From: Schmidtea nova
Lineage: Eukaryota
Direction of reading: 5' to 3'
Length of the DNA: 64,000 nt
Assembly: GCA_044892505.1 (NCBI GenBank)
Contig: CM097882.1
Span: forward strand, 294,066,001-294,130,000
Part shown: piece after piece, positions 1 to 11,899 of the stretch
Layout: each line of letters begins with the position of its first letter
Numbering within the stretch: position 1 is the first letter of the stretch
Program-made: the position numbers and the translations under genes
The notes under the pieces: model-generated
Told to the model about the DNA's origin: nothing
What the model saw: only the letters and a program-made list of their open reading frames with translations
Databases searched by the model: none

Positions 1-287
1 CCTAAAAGTATTTAAAAATTAATTAAAAATAATTGTAGAACAAAGATAACTTTTCAAAGCTTATCATATCATTATGAGATCAAAATGAAAGTTTTAAAAG
101 ATATCTTTATAAAAATATTTACCTGAAAGCCTGAAATATGTTAAAAATCATAATTTCCTAAAAGTATTTAAAAATTAATTAAAAATAATTGTAGAACAAA
201 GATAACTTTTCAAAGCTTATCATATCATTATGAGATCAAAATGAAAGTTTTAAAAGATATCTTTATAAAAATATTTACCTGAAAGCC
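1..287. repeat. Tandem duplication, period 156 bp (~131 bp copied); related to an inverted diverged copy at ~21360-21450
   Basis: cctaaaagtatttaaaaatt...acctgaaagcc occurs at 1-131 and 157-287, near-identical. Confidence 0.9.
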
Positions 288-1112
288 ATATTAAAATGGC
301 TAAATAATCTTCAACAAAAATTTTTATGAGTAACACGTAGGTATACACACCTACTGGTATTATAATTACTTTTAAACTACAAAAACAGGTGTATGACATT
401 AAATTTCTTAAACTAAATAGTCAAAATTTAGCACCAACGTAAGTTTTCATTTGATATTGGTAATTTTAAACGTATATTATAGAATCTGTTAATGTATGAA
501 AGCAGGAGTATGTATAGCGAAGCAGTTACCTAATTAACTTTGAATAGAATTGAATGTTAACTGGACTTTTTAAATATTGCAATTTTCTTTTGATTCTTTC
601 AAATATTACAAGTAATTTATATTTCTCCATCAAAGATTTGTTCACTATAAATCTTGATCTTTTTAAAGACTATTCTTTTCGGAGTTTTACTAATTATATT
701 AAAACAGACAGTAGTAGGGAGTTAATCTCCTCTGGACGGTTCCATCCCAAGTGTTTTTAAACGACAGTAATTTTTGTATACAGTCTTTATTTCGGATTTT
801 TGAACTAAAATTTTTTCTCCGTCTTCTATAAAAATTCTTATACATAGATTTCAATGGTCAAATTTTAGTGGGTACATTTTTCAAATAAAAATTGTAAAAG
901 AATTTTGAATTGGATTTTTAGCTCTCAGATTTTTACAAAACAAAATATTATTTAGTCATTTTTAATACAGATTTTTTTGGAAAATAAAAACACAAATATT
1001 TTAATATACAGAATTTTTATTTTGTACATAATTTTCAGCTGTCAAATTACTCTACAGACAAAATTGATGTAAACCTTTTGTACTTAGATATCGGTATACT
1101 CAATTTAAGATA

Positions 1113-1940
1113 CAGTGCTCGACATATTTATAAGGACACATTTTTTTCGTTCTTGATGAATTTTAATGAAATTTCACATGTAAGTTAGTGCTCTCGTGTG
1201 AAAGTATCTGTAAATGATTTCAGTTCGTTTCAACCATTTTTGAAGAAGCTATGTCCATTAAATAAAAAACATTAGTTAAAACGCAACAAAGTTATAAGGA
1301 CACATGATTTATATTAATAAATATGAATTCTCATTAGTGCGTATGACTGTCATTTTTAATGAAAATATCAGATACTAGGTTAGGCATCGATTTTATGAGA
1401 GTATGGTACTTCTGCTATCTTCCTTCGAAAACTTGACGTAAAGTGTTCACAAAAAGTTTCTACAGGTTTTAAGTCTGGCCAGAGTGAAGGCCAGTCCAAT
1501 AAAGCGATGTTCTATTGTTCAAACCAATTCAAAGTTCACGTAGCATAGATGGGAGCGTTGTTCTGTTATGATGTTTATGTTCGACAACTTATTCTTGCAC
1601 CACATGGTAGTAAATGGTTTGTCAACCTTTTTGGTAGACAGTTATATTTTTTGTCCATTAATTAAACGTGATATTGTTTTTGCCGTCCCATACAAAAGCA
1701 TCCCTTACTATGGCAGAATTTCCTTTTTTTGTGCGGCGTCACAATGTAAATAATTTTTTTTTGAGGTCCTGAAAGTGAAACAAGCTCCTCTGGGATCGTC
1801 TAAATTGAACTTTTTTTTATAGTTGGAAAATTTTCATCTCCATTGTATTGTTTCTGCCAATTATAGTCGATTCTTCTCGTGGTGAGTTTTAAATGCTGGC
1901 TTTCTATTGATTTTGAAACGTTTTAATAAAAGTAATTGTA
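1113..1940 (-). mobile_element. Tc1-like DNA transposon remnant (3' half plus one IR/DR-type terminal repeat)
   Basis: TA|CAGTGCTCGAC terminus at 1113; direct repeat tataaggacacat at ~1129 and ~1293; minus-strand decayed motifs FNLDDP (cf. FNLDGPD), QNNAPIY (cf. QDNAP.H) and WPSLWPDLKPVE (cf. WPS.SPDLNPIE). Confidence 0.8.
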
Positions 1941-1943
1941 GTG

Positions 1944-2170
1944 GCCGTTACAAGGTCTTACCGAACCTTATAAATCTTATATGATCAACATAAACCAAAT
2001 TCAAGCTGCTCAAATTGATTTGAAAGAAATAATAAAACAAATCGAAAAGATTCTTTGGTCAAATTAGTTCAAGAAGTTCCAATAAATTATCAATAAAATT
2101 GGGACACAAAGTTAAAATCAGTGAAAGATAAAATCAAAATAAAAGAATTAATTTATTAAATAGAGAAACA
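1944..2170 (+). pseudogene. Putative retrocopy of a spliced-leader trans-spliced mRNA (SL-like 40-mer at 1944-1983)
   Basis: GCCGTTACAAGGTCTTACCGAACCTTATAAATCTTATATG resembles planarian SL1 as recalled (GCCGTTAGACGGTCTTATCGAAATCTATATAAATCTTATATG); it ends in ATG and is followed by ATC, not a GT donor; 3' end approximate. Confidence 0.65.
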
Positions 2171-2553
2171 GACCATTATCAGACACCAGTTGAAATACTA
2201 ATACTATTGGTGGATTACCAATGGGTGTTTGACCTCCGTTTCTATGGTAACTACAGTCATCAAACAGGATTCCCATGGTTCATCAAACTATTTCCCACCC
2301 AATATACCCATAAGTGTATGACTTAACAAACTTAAGTTGGTAATGTATACCAGTGTTTGGTGGTCGAGATCAGTGGTGAGCACGCTTATCGCACTTCACG
2401 CCTGCAACCTACTGTTAGGGTCAGGCTCTTGGCCTTAAAGAATAAAGAGAGCGGATTCTGAAAGTAATAATATTAAATTACTTAAAATAGATTAATAAAA
2501 TAAACTATTTAAGAAAACAATTACCAAAAATAGAATTAAGTTATATTTGGTAA

Positions 2554-5084
2554 CACTACCCGACACTAAAATTTTTTATTTGATGAGAAGAAGTTGGTAT
2601 AGGATATTTTTGCAAGTTGATTACAAAAATGATATCGAAATTTTTCTATCACGTCCAGTTTTTTATAAAAAGGATATTCGAAAATGTTGAAGAAAATCTA
2701 TGTTACATACATTTTATCACATCCAGATTCAGAGATAAGGCTTTAAAATCGTATCGGTTTTTATTTTATTTATTTTAATGCATACATAAGATATAATGGT
2801 TGCTCCCTTTAATTTGTTTCAATGAAGTAAAGCTGGCTAAATTATAAATTCCCTTCGTTATTTTACTAAAGTACGTAATTCGATAATGCTACTTAATAAT
2901 TATTAGTAAAGGTAGATTCCTGAACTACTTTAAAAGAGTATAGTATATTTAGAACATGTGCACTATCGTGAATTAATTAATGTTTCAATGACAGTAAACT
3001 CTCTTGCATTTTAGAACTACAATCATGTCTAGAAGAAAATGCTTGAACAACGTAAACCATTTTTGCTACATATGTGGAGAATATGTATTTTCTGACGACA
3101 GACTATCAATCACTGCATTGATTCAACATAGATTTTATTGTTATTTTAAATTCAAACTTGGTGATCAAGACAAACCATTTGCACCTCATACCGTTTGCAG
3201 AAAATGCTCTTCGAATCTTTCCATGTGGTCAGTTGGGAAACTGAAAAAAATACCATTCTCAACTCCTATGGCATGGAGAGAACAGTCAAGCCACGTAAAT
3301 GATTGTTATTTTTGTCTGACTAATGTCAAGGGTTTCACCAAGAAAAGTGCTAAACACATAGTTTATCCTGATTTGCCTTCAGCAGTCCGACCAGTTCCAT
3401 ACAAAGAAGGTGAAAATCCTCCAAAGCCAACTGACACGTCTGCTTGTAAAGAAAATGAATACAATTCAAACAATAATGGAGACGACACGAGCAGTGAAGA
3501 ATACATTGATGAACATACTCATGAGACAACGGGACTCAGCCAAGCTCAATTGGACTTGTTTATAAGAAAGTTCGAATTGTCTAAATCTGATGCTTGCCTG
3601 GCAGCATATATGTTAAAAGAATTTGGAGTTTTAAACAAGGAGACAAGAATTTCAGTTTATAGACACAGAGATATGAATACCAGGTTTACTTCAAAAAGGA
3701 CGAAGACAGTTCTTTTGTGTATTGTTGTGATGTTAATGGCTTGCTTGGAAAGCTTAGTTTCTTCAGTGATGCTAAGAAAGATTGGTGGTTGTTCATTGAT
3801 GGCAGTGTCTGCAGCATTAAAGCCGTTCTTCTGCACATTGAAAACAAATATCCAGCTGTCCCAATGGCATATGGAAGACTAGTTAAAGAGACTTATGAAA
3901 CAGTGAATACCATCCTAACACTTATTCAGTACAGTCAATATCTGTGGTAGGTTGGTGGAAACCTCAAAATTGTTGGAATGCTCATGGGCATGCAACAGGG
4001 CTACACCAAATTCAGCTGCTTTTTATGTCTGTGGGACAGCAGAGATAAACAAAACCACTACACTACCAATCAGTGGCCAGCTAGACAGACCCGAATACCT
4101 GGGACATATTTAATCAAATACAACTTTTTAGTCGATCCTAACGACATCTTGTTACCTTCTCTCCACATCAAATTGGGCCTGTTTAAGTAATTTGTTAAAG
4201 CCTTGAATACAGAAGGAGAGCCAATGAAAACACTGAGACGGACATTCCCCAGATTGTCCAAAGCAAAGATAAAGGAAGGAGTTTTTGTCGGCCCACAGTT
4301 AAGGAAGATAATGGAAAGTGAAGTGTTCAGAGTGACACTCAACCAGGTAGAACTTCAAGCCTATAATGCTCTCTTTGAGGTAATCAGAGATCTTTTGGGA
4401 AAACACCGCTCTAGCAACTACAAAGAAGTCGTTTCTGAGATGCTTGATGCTTTTGCTGCACTGACGGTAACTTCAAATATTGTGGCTGTAGCATATTATT
4501 ATTTTTCTACCTCTTACAGGTCAATATGTCTCTCAAAATTCATTTTTTGAAGAATCATCTTGAATTTTTTCCTGACGATCTGGGAAAAGTGAGTGATGAA
4601 CACGGTGAAAGGTTTCACCAGACAATCAAAACTATTGAAAATCGCTATCAAGGCAGGAGTGACTCAAAGATGATGGGAGACTTTTGCTGGTTAATGAATG
4701 TTGATACTTAAATTTTATTGACACTGCGTTTCTTTGCTGAAATATCAAATAGTGACAGCCTAACTCAGCGTATTTTTCCGTTTCATTTATCTCGCTGTTG
4801 AAATTCTCATGCAAGTATCTTTCTACTTCTGTCTGTGTTTATCATAAATTGTTTTCGCTATGATTTACTATATTTTTAATGACAATCTCCTTAAAAAATA
4901 TATCGTTAACTTCAACTAACTTTCCTTCTAAATGACTTTTTTTCTAAATTTCGGATACTGTTTTATATAAAAAACTAGACGTGATGGAGAAATTTCGATA
5001 AAAATTTCGGAATCAGCATGCTAAATTACCCTAGAGAGACACATTTTTATCAAATAAAAAAAAATTAAATTTTGTCGAGTAGTT
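2554..5084 (+). mobile_element. Chapaev3-type (CMC clan) DNA transposon with imperfect ~120-bp TIRs
   Basis: Left end CACTACCCGACA vs reverse-complemented right end AACTACTCGACA; TCACGTCCAGTTTTTTAT mirrored at ~4965-4985; encloses a transposase pseudogene; no clean TSD. Confidence 0.75.
3025..4711 (+). pseudogene. Chapaev3-like DDE transposase, disrupted; one 53-bp intron (4467-4519)
   Basis: N-terminal CYICG...H..C..C...DCYFC; FIDGS; GNLK (normally GDLK); GYTKFSCFLCLWDSR; LHIKLGL; MSLKIHFL; SDEHGERFHQ; frameshift ~3670; stops at 3948 and 4188; GTAACT...TTACAG intron restores the frame. Family name is from recalled motifs. Confidence 0.8.
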
Positions 5085-6249
5085 ATTAGTAAAGCAAAGG
5101 TTAAGAATAGTAATTTTTTAATTACCAAATATAAATTATTTGTTTTAATTTAAGTATAAATACCCAAGAAAAATTGAGACCCGGGAGACATAGTAGGCAA
5201 CTAGATATTTGTGGGCGATTAAATTTGAGTGAACATTTAATTTTGAGAATACATTTGTGGGCGATAATTTATCTGACAATAAAATAGTGGAGCAAAGAAA
5301 AATCGATTATCAGTGAAGACAATTGTATCTAACAACGATAGAAATCTGATTATTGGAAACAGCAGTTTGTCAAGTGATTGTTGAGTAAATCTGTTTTTCT
5401 GGAAGCAACAGATATTCATTAGCAATTTCCCAATTCATTGATTGGAGAGTCATTGTAATTGGAATTGAGCATACTCAAAGTAGAATTGTTGAGTGTTTTT
5501 AAGTATATTGAAGGATTGGAAATTTGGCATAAATACGGCGATCGGATTTTAGAAAAGGGACAGAGAAAGAGCGAATAACAAAAATCATTGCAAGGAAAAA
5601 ACAGAATTTGAGAAGTAATTATTATTATAGTATTTGAAAGAAAGTTGAGTTTAGTGAAGGATAAATTATTATCCTTTTGCGTTTACATTTTTTTAAATAG
5701 TGAATACAAAGTAAAGAGATATACCTTAGTATTCCCTGAGTGCCCCTAAATCTTGACCCACTTGCTTATCCATTTCTTTCATTGAGTTATTTTAGCGATC
5801 ATTGTGCTAAAGAGGAGCCAACGATTTATTGCAGGCTCAACAAACAGCAAGGATTAGTAAATCCACATCTTGAGTGTTCTTGTACACATTTTTGTAAATT
5901 GATTTTCTGTAAATTTGAAATAAAAGTATTTAAAAAGAGAGTGGTTTTGTTTATTACCTATTAAATAGATATACGCAACCACACGAATTATATCTTATTT
6001 ATTCTTATTAATATTTACAATTAATTGGAGTCAACCTGTGCGATAAGAGTAGGTCTGCCAAAAGTATATTGCCTTTTCTGAAATGCTTGATTGCCTAATG
6101 TTTTTCTTTTCAACGATCTCCTTTTCACTTACTCACTCTTTTAAACACTGGTAATTTTCTTCGACAAAACTGGCCATTTACTGTTTTTCTTGCCACTTTT
6201 ATAATTTACCAATTTGTCAACAAATTGGTTATGTTTTCCAAGCTTGCGG

Positions 6250-6660
6250 TCAAATTCGATTATGACTTTCCGTAATTGGAATTTTGCTAATTATAATTTG
6301 TTCTTATTTGATTTATGTATCCACGCTTTTGGTAGTTCTATTTCCTCTCGGGTTTCCCTTTGCTCGGGCTCTCCACTAGCCCAGATCTCCCATGCACTCG
6401 GGCTTCCCCTTGACTCGGGTTTTGTACAGAATTAACAAATTATTCATAAATTTTTAATTAATTTCTATTTACTGAATATCTTTTTCTGGGGACCCCATTG
6501 ATATTTTATTATCATATTCGTACTCGTCTCTCTATTTGCCATCCGTACACACCAATTTCCCCGTTAAATCTTTATTTTAAATTTTTCAACTGTTTAATTA
6601 ATTTTTTGTAATTACTTATTAATTGTGAATTTAACGCTTTTCAACCTTTTACCGATTTTC
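6250..6660 (-). repeat. LTR fragment related to the TGTTGGG..CCCAACA LTRs; boundaries uncertain
   Basis: Similar to 55880-56061 and, reverse-complemented, to 14900-15200 and 18700-19000; carries GGGAAACCCGAG-type repeats. Confidence 0.7.
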
Positions 6661-9562
6661 CTTCAATCCTCGGAGCACTCTCATTTTACTTGCACCACTT
6701 CAGCCTAACCCCAACAAACTGATACTTTTGATTTTCTCTGGATCTGTTTTAACATCTTCCTTATTCACGATATGCCCTAGATAACAAATCTTTGTTTTTA
6801 AAAATACACACTTATTAGGCGATAATTTAAGTCCAGCTTCTCTAATGCGACCTAGCACCTTATCAAATCATTCATTATGTTTTTTTATTGTTCTTCCGAA
6901 AATCAACACGTCATCCAAGTATACGACACAATTAATCCAATTTTCCTTCATTAGAACCATGTTCATGAGTTTTTGAAATGTAGCAGGAGCTGAGCAAAGT
7001 TCGAATGGCATTCTTATGAACTCAAATTGTCCGTATTTTGTACTAAAAGCTGTTTTCTGGATATCCTTTTCATCAATTGGTACTTGATAATACCCACTAG
7101 ATAAATCGAGTGTAGTAAAATTCCTGGCCCACCGATAGTATCAAATAAATTCTCTGCAGCTGGTATAGGGAAAATTAGTCTAGTCGTCTTAGCATTAAGT
7201 TCTCGATTATCGTCGCACATTCTTATATCCCCATTTTTCTTCTATACCACCACTATAGGGAAATTCTATGGTGATGAACTTGGTCTAATTATTACTGCAT
7301 CTAATAAATCTTTTATCATATGATTAACCTCTTCTTCAAATCCTATCGGAACCATTCGTGGCTTAAACGCTATTGGCCTTGCGTTTCCAGTATCAATGTA
7401 ATGCTTCAATTCATCCGATTTTCCGATGTCCATCTTGTATTTACTGAAAATATCTTCATTACTTTTTAATGTTTTCATCAGCTCGAGCTTATCATGCTAT
7501 TTAATATCTGAACACAGCCATTCCTTCATTTTGTCTATTATTGCATCTATAGCCTTCTTATCCTTTATTCTTTCATCCTTCGTGAGTTTATTCACTGTGC
7601 CTTTTGATTCATTAATAAACTCGTTCCATTTTTCTAAATACCTCAAGCCGGTCTCTGCATGAAGAGTCTTCGAACTTCATTCTAACATGCATATCTTTAC
7701 AAATATATACCCATTCTCACATCGTACCACATAGTCACTTATCACAATGTCATGATCTGCCATCCTCGATTTTTCTCCATTTAATATACAAACCTCATTA
7801 AAATCATCAATTTTCTTCCTACGATCATTAACTACCATCCTTTGATCAAATATTCGCCGGCATTACTTATTTCTATAAAATTCGATAAAATAACTCTATA
7901 ATAATAATCTCGTTGAGCCTTCTCTCTCTCACAACCGCATTCCGACTCCCCCATACGGTTTTCATTCGTTTAAAGATAAAGCACGGATTGTCTTAAATAA
8001 AAATGGAATCTTAATACCTTGCAATTCAATTCCGTCATTTGCTGCATCAATAATTATTCCTTATTTCTTCTTGCTTCTAAGTCCTAAATAAAATAGTGAA
8101 AATATAATAAGCATAGTATCAAAAATATGACTTGTTAATATAGGTCCAATTCAAAACGTTAACTTAATCTTACAGGTACATTGCACTGTACTCCCATTAG
8201 CGCATGTTACTTTTGTCATTGAATTGTAAACTCTTATAGTTGGCTTATCTTTGACAATATTTTTGGCTAACTCTTGACTTATAACATTCAGATCTGCTCC
8301 TGAATCAAACATGACATTCAACTGTCGATTTCCAATTACACATTCTGTAACTGGTTTATTTCGGGCCTTTTCAGGTTTGTTAATAGAAATCAGCGTTGGT
8401 TCATATATCCTTAACTGTGTCTTTGGTTTTTTACCTTCCCCATTGATAAAGTTAGCATATTTCTCTTCCAATGTTGGTTTTGTCGCAAGAGGTTTTATTA
8501 TCTTCGCTGTTCTTTGCTCACTCCAACTATCCTTTATCATTGCGGCACAGTTATTTTCCTGTTATTCGTAAACTAATGTATCTGTGATTTCAGTTCTTAT
8601 ATTTTCCTCGCATTCTTCTTGTAGATACCTAAACGTGTTCCTTTTATCGCAGAATCTCGCTTGGTGTGCTCCACCATACTTTAAACATTTCGTTCCACTC
8701 TTTACATCGTTCATATTACTTCGGCAATTAACTGAAATGTGACCTTTCTTGCCGCACTGATAACAAATTCGTTCTTCTTTTGCTTTCATCCATTTTTGCT
8801 TCTTACAAAATCGGACTATGTGACCTGGTTCATTACATTTGTAACACTTAAGGTCCGTCATTCTTGTGTGAGTCACATTGTTTCCAGGTCGTATTCCTTG
8901 CGACTTCAAACTTTCTATAATCTTTTTCAATCTCTGTAATTCTTTCTTATGCGACTATTGTTCCTTGATCCGAAGGACTGAACTTCCTGAGATGATGTCC
9001 TTCTTCCATTGTTGTAATGCTTTTGTTTTCAGCCTTTATTGCTTAAACAGCTTCTTCTAATGTTTTCGGCTGTCTAATTCTTAGGACAATTAAAAGCAAA
9101 TTATGCCGTAACCCTTCGATAAAAGCTTGAGAAATCGTTCTTTCTTTGTCTCCGTAGTATGCCATACATCGTAATCGTATTCTTTTGGCAAAATCAACTG
9201 TACAATTGTTTGTTTCTTTAATTGTATCATTTAATATGTCGACTATAACCGACGTTTTCGACTTCATTTCACTCAGTAATTTCGTAATCTTATCGATGTA
9301 CCCCTCTATCGATTTTTCAGCATCTTTCTCTGCTATGTAATCTATTTCCTTTATTACATCTTCTTTGAATTACTTTAGGAAAACCTCTTTTTCTTCGTCT
9401 ACTGTTACTAAATTGTGCTCTCCGAACTGTTTCACAAAATCTTGTACTTTCGTCAAATGTTCTTCAATCTTTTTGTTACCGTATCTCTTAAACACTTTCA
9501 GTTTTGAGAGTCTCATTATATAGAAAATCTTGTAAATATTCTTTTTTTGCTTGAGACGCCAT
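6660..9562 (-). mobile_element. Ty3/Gypsy internal region, decayed: gag, CCHC knuckles, protease, RT; truncated early in RNase H
   Basis: CYKCNEPGHIVRFC and CYQCGKKGHISVNC (8562-8930); protease MFDSGAD (8151-8540); IDTGNARPIAFKP...IIRPSSSP; VVYLDDVLI at 6901-6930; multiple stops and frameshifts. Confidence 0.92.
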
Positions 9563-9664
9563 GTTATATTCTCTAGAGTTATAAAATACGAAATATAAAT
9601 AATAAAGATTCAAATAACATATATTAATATTACACTATTATTAAAACAATTTAAAATTATAATA

Positions 9665-10551
9665 CACCTATCCCCCGATTTACACGGTAGATTGTTCCTG
9701 AGAATTCCGTGTAAATCGAAACCGTGTAAATAGGGACAAAGACATAAAGTATATTTGTAAGGGATTGGTTCCAACAAAGAAGTAAACTCGCAAACCGGAC
9801 CTATAAATCAACGGAAACTGAAACATTGGGTAAAAAACTGCTTAAATGAAAAAATTAAAGTTTATAACAAAACATAAAGAAATTTATATTAATTTAAACA
9901 TAAAATAAAAAGGTTTAATTCATTTTATAAAACAAAGTAAAGTGTTACTGAATTTTAATCATCAGAATCCTCAATGTTCTGCCCTTTCTTTCGAAATGGA
10001 ATAATTTCACTTTCGTCGCTTGAAATGGATATTTCTGAATCATTTATAGACTGTGTATGAACTTCATCCTGTGTGATCTTTGTCACTGTAATTAACAGTT
10101 GAGTGCTATTTTTGGGCAAATCTTTATAGATTTCTTGATATTTCGCCAAACATTGATTGAGTTCTCTTTGAAATTGATTAGCTCGCTCAACAACTGGATC
10201 ATGATTTAAAAAATAGTTTTCTACTTTTTTACCTAATTCAAGACCTTCCCGAACAATCGTTGAAGTTAATTCTAACAGTTCTTCCTCATTATCAGTGGTG
10301 TTATTAGAATCAGGATCATTGGTTAAGTCCACCATGTTTACTAGATAATCTTCATCCAAACCATGATCTACCACTAATTCTGTAATATCACCAATTGCTA
10401 AATCTTCGAATCCTTCCCCTCCAAGGGATTTGATAATTATTATTATAAATATGTATTGATAAGAGTGAAATTAAAAAAAAAATTATAATTTTCGAAACCG
10501 TGTAAAAGCGAAAACGTGCAAGAAAAGTACCGTATAAATCGGGGATAGGTG
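9665..10551 (-). mobile_element. Internally deleted pogo/Tigger-like element retaining the transposase C-terminus
   Basis: TIRs CACCTATCCCC(C)GATTTA(C/T)ACGG flanked by TA at 9663-64 and 10552-53; peptide GEGFEDL..DITEL...EGL...DP..ERA..FQREL...Y.EIY...QLLIT. Confidence 0.88.
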
Positions 10552-11098
10552 TATATGAATTAAATATTAATTTAATCCATATAAAATTACACATAACATT
10601 CATATTATTTTCCTAAGGATCAAGAAAAAATAAATACATGTATGAAATTTTGAAATAATAATTTATTCAATCAAAACAAATTATTTAATCAATCATATGA
10701 TTTCCATAAAATAACCCCAAGTTGTCTGTATTATTATATTAATAACTTTTTAATCTTTTTTACTGATTTAATTACAAGTAGTAATTCACATAATTTAAAA
10801 TTAAAATATTTTTTCAATTTAACTTTGAATTGAATTATTTTCTTGACTAATAATTTTCATAATTTCAATTTATATCAAATTCAGTAAGCTGGATCCGATT
10901 TTGTAAAGATTTTTTTTCATAAAAACGAAAATACAAAATTATTCCAACTTGTTAGTTGAGCCTGAGCCTCTCACATATAAAAATTTTTCAAAAATTGGAT
11001 TAGAATGCGTCAACCACCGAACTACATTCGACATTTTATAATCAAAATTATAATATTTGTTTGAATTAATATTTACGTAGGTTTAGTAATAATAATAA

Positions 11099-11109
<11 letters not shown>

Positions 11110-11130
<21 letters not shown>

Positions 11131-11320
11131 TCATAATTATCTTTTTTCACCTTTGATCTTTTTTTATTATTATTATCAATAATTCTCATAATGACTATAG
11201 ATCAAAATTTTTTTTTATAAACAATAACACAATATTTCGGCACAGCCTTTATACACACTTGATAAAGGCTGTGCCGAAATATTGTGTTATTGTTTATAAA
11301 AAAAAATTTTGATCTATAGT
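11110..11320. repeat. PLE terminal (pLTR) sequence as a perfect palindrome: 59-bp arms 11194-11252 and 11262-11320, 9-nt loop
   Basis: Same sequence as the 3' end of the PLE at 53086-53230; runs into an N-gap. Confidence 0.85.
11251..11290 (+). ncRNA. Minimal type-I hammerhead ribozyme motif (U3-A8 variant), family A
   Basis: ACAC-TTGATAA-A-GGC(TGT)GCC-GAAA-TAT-T-GTGT. Confidence 0.7.
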
Positions 11321-11899
11321 NNNNNNNNNNNNNNNNNNNNNNNNNNNNNNNNNNNNNNNNNNNNNNNNNNNNNNNNNNNNNNNNNNNNNNNNNNNNNNNN
11401 NNNNNNNNNNNNNNNNNNNNNNNNNNNNNNNNNNNNNNNNNNNNNNNNNNNNNNNNNNNNNNNTTGGAAATTAATTAAATTGGCAATTAATAAATCCATA
11501 AAATTTATTTCAACACAATTATTTAAAAAACTTAACTGGTTTTAATTTGTTCTGATATTCAAACAAATTTACCATCTTCATTTTTTTTATTTTAAATTTT
11601 TAAATTTGAAATATTTTTTAATTTTTACATTTAAATTTAAAATTTTTTCTAAATTTTTAGTTTCACATTTTCAATATTTTGCAACCAATAACTTTAAAAA
11701 TTTTTAGAATCTTCCAGATTCTCTCATATCCCCCTTCTTTAGAATTTTTCTTAAAGTTTTTCCACGTTTCTTTCGATTTTTTACCATTTTTTTTTCTTAA
11801 GATATATCGACTGTCATCCACTTTTTCGATCACTTTGTATGGGCCTCATATCTGTTCTGGTTTTATTTGCGTGTTTATAATTTTAATAACACGTCTTCT

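Noticed and set aside
2350-2470. GC-richer stretch with A-box-like GGTCGAGATCAGTGG (tRNA or SINE?)
   Set aside because: No B-box or cloverleaf could be built
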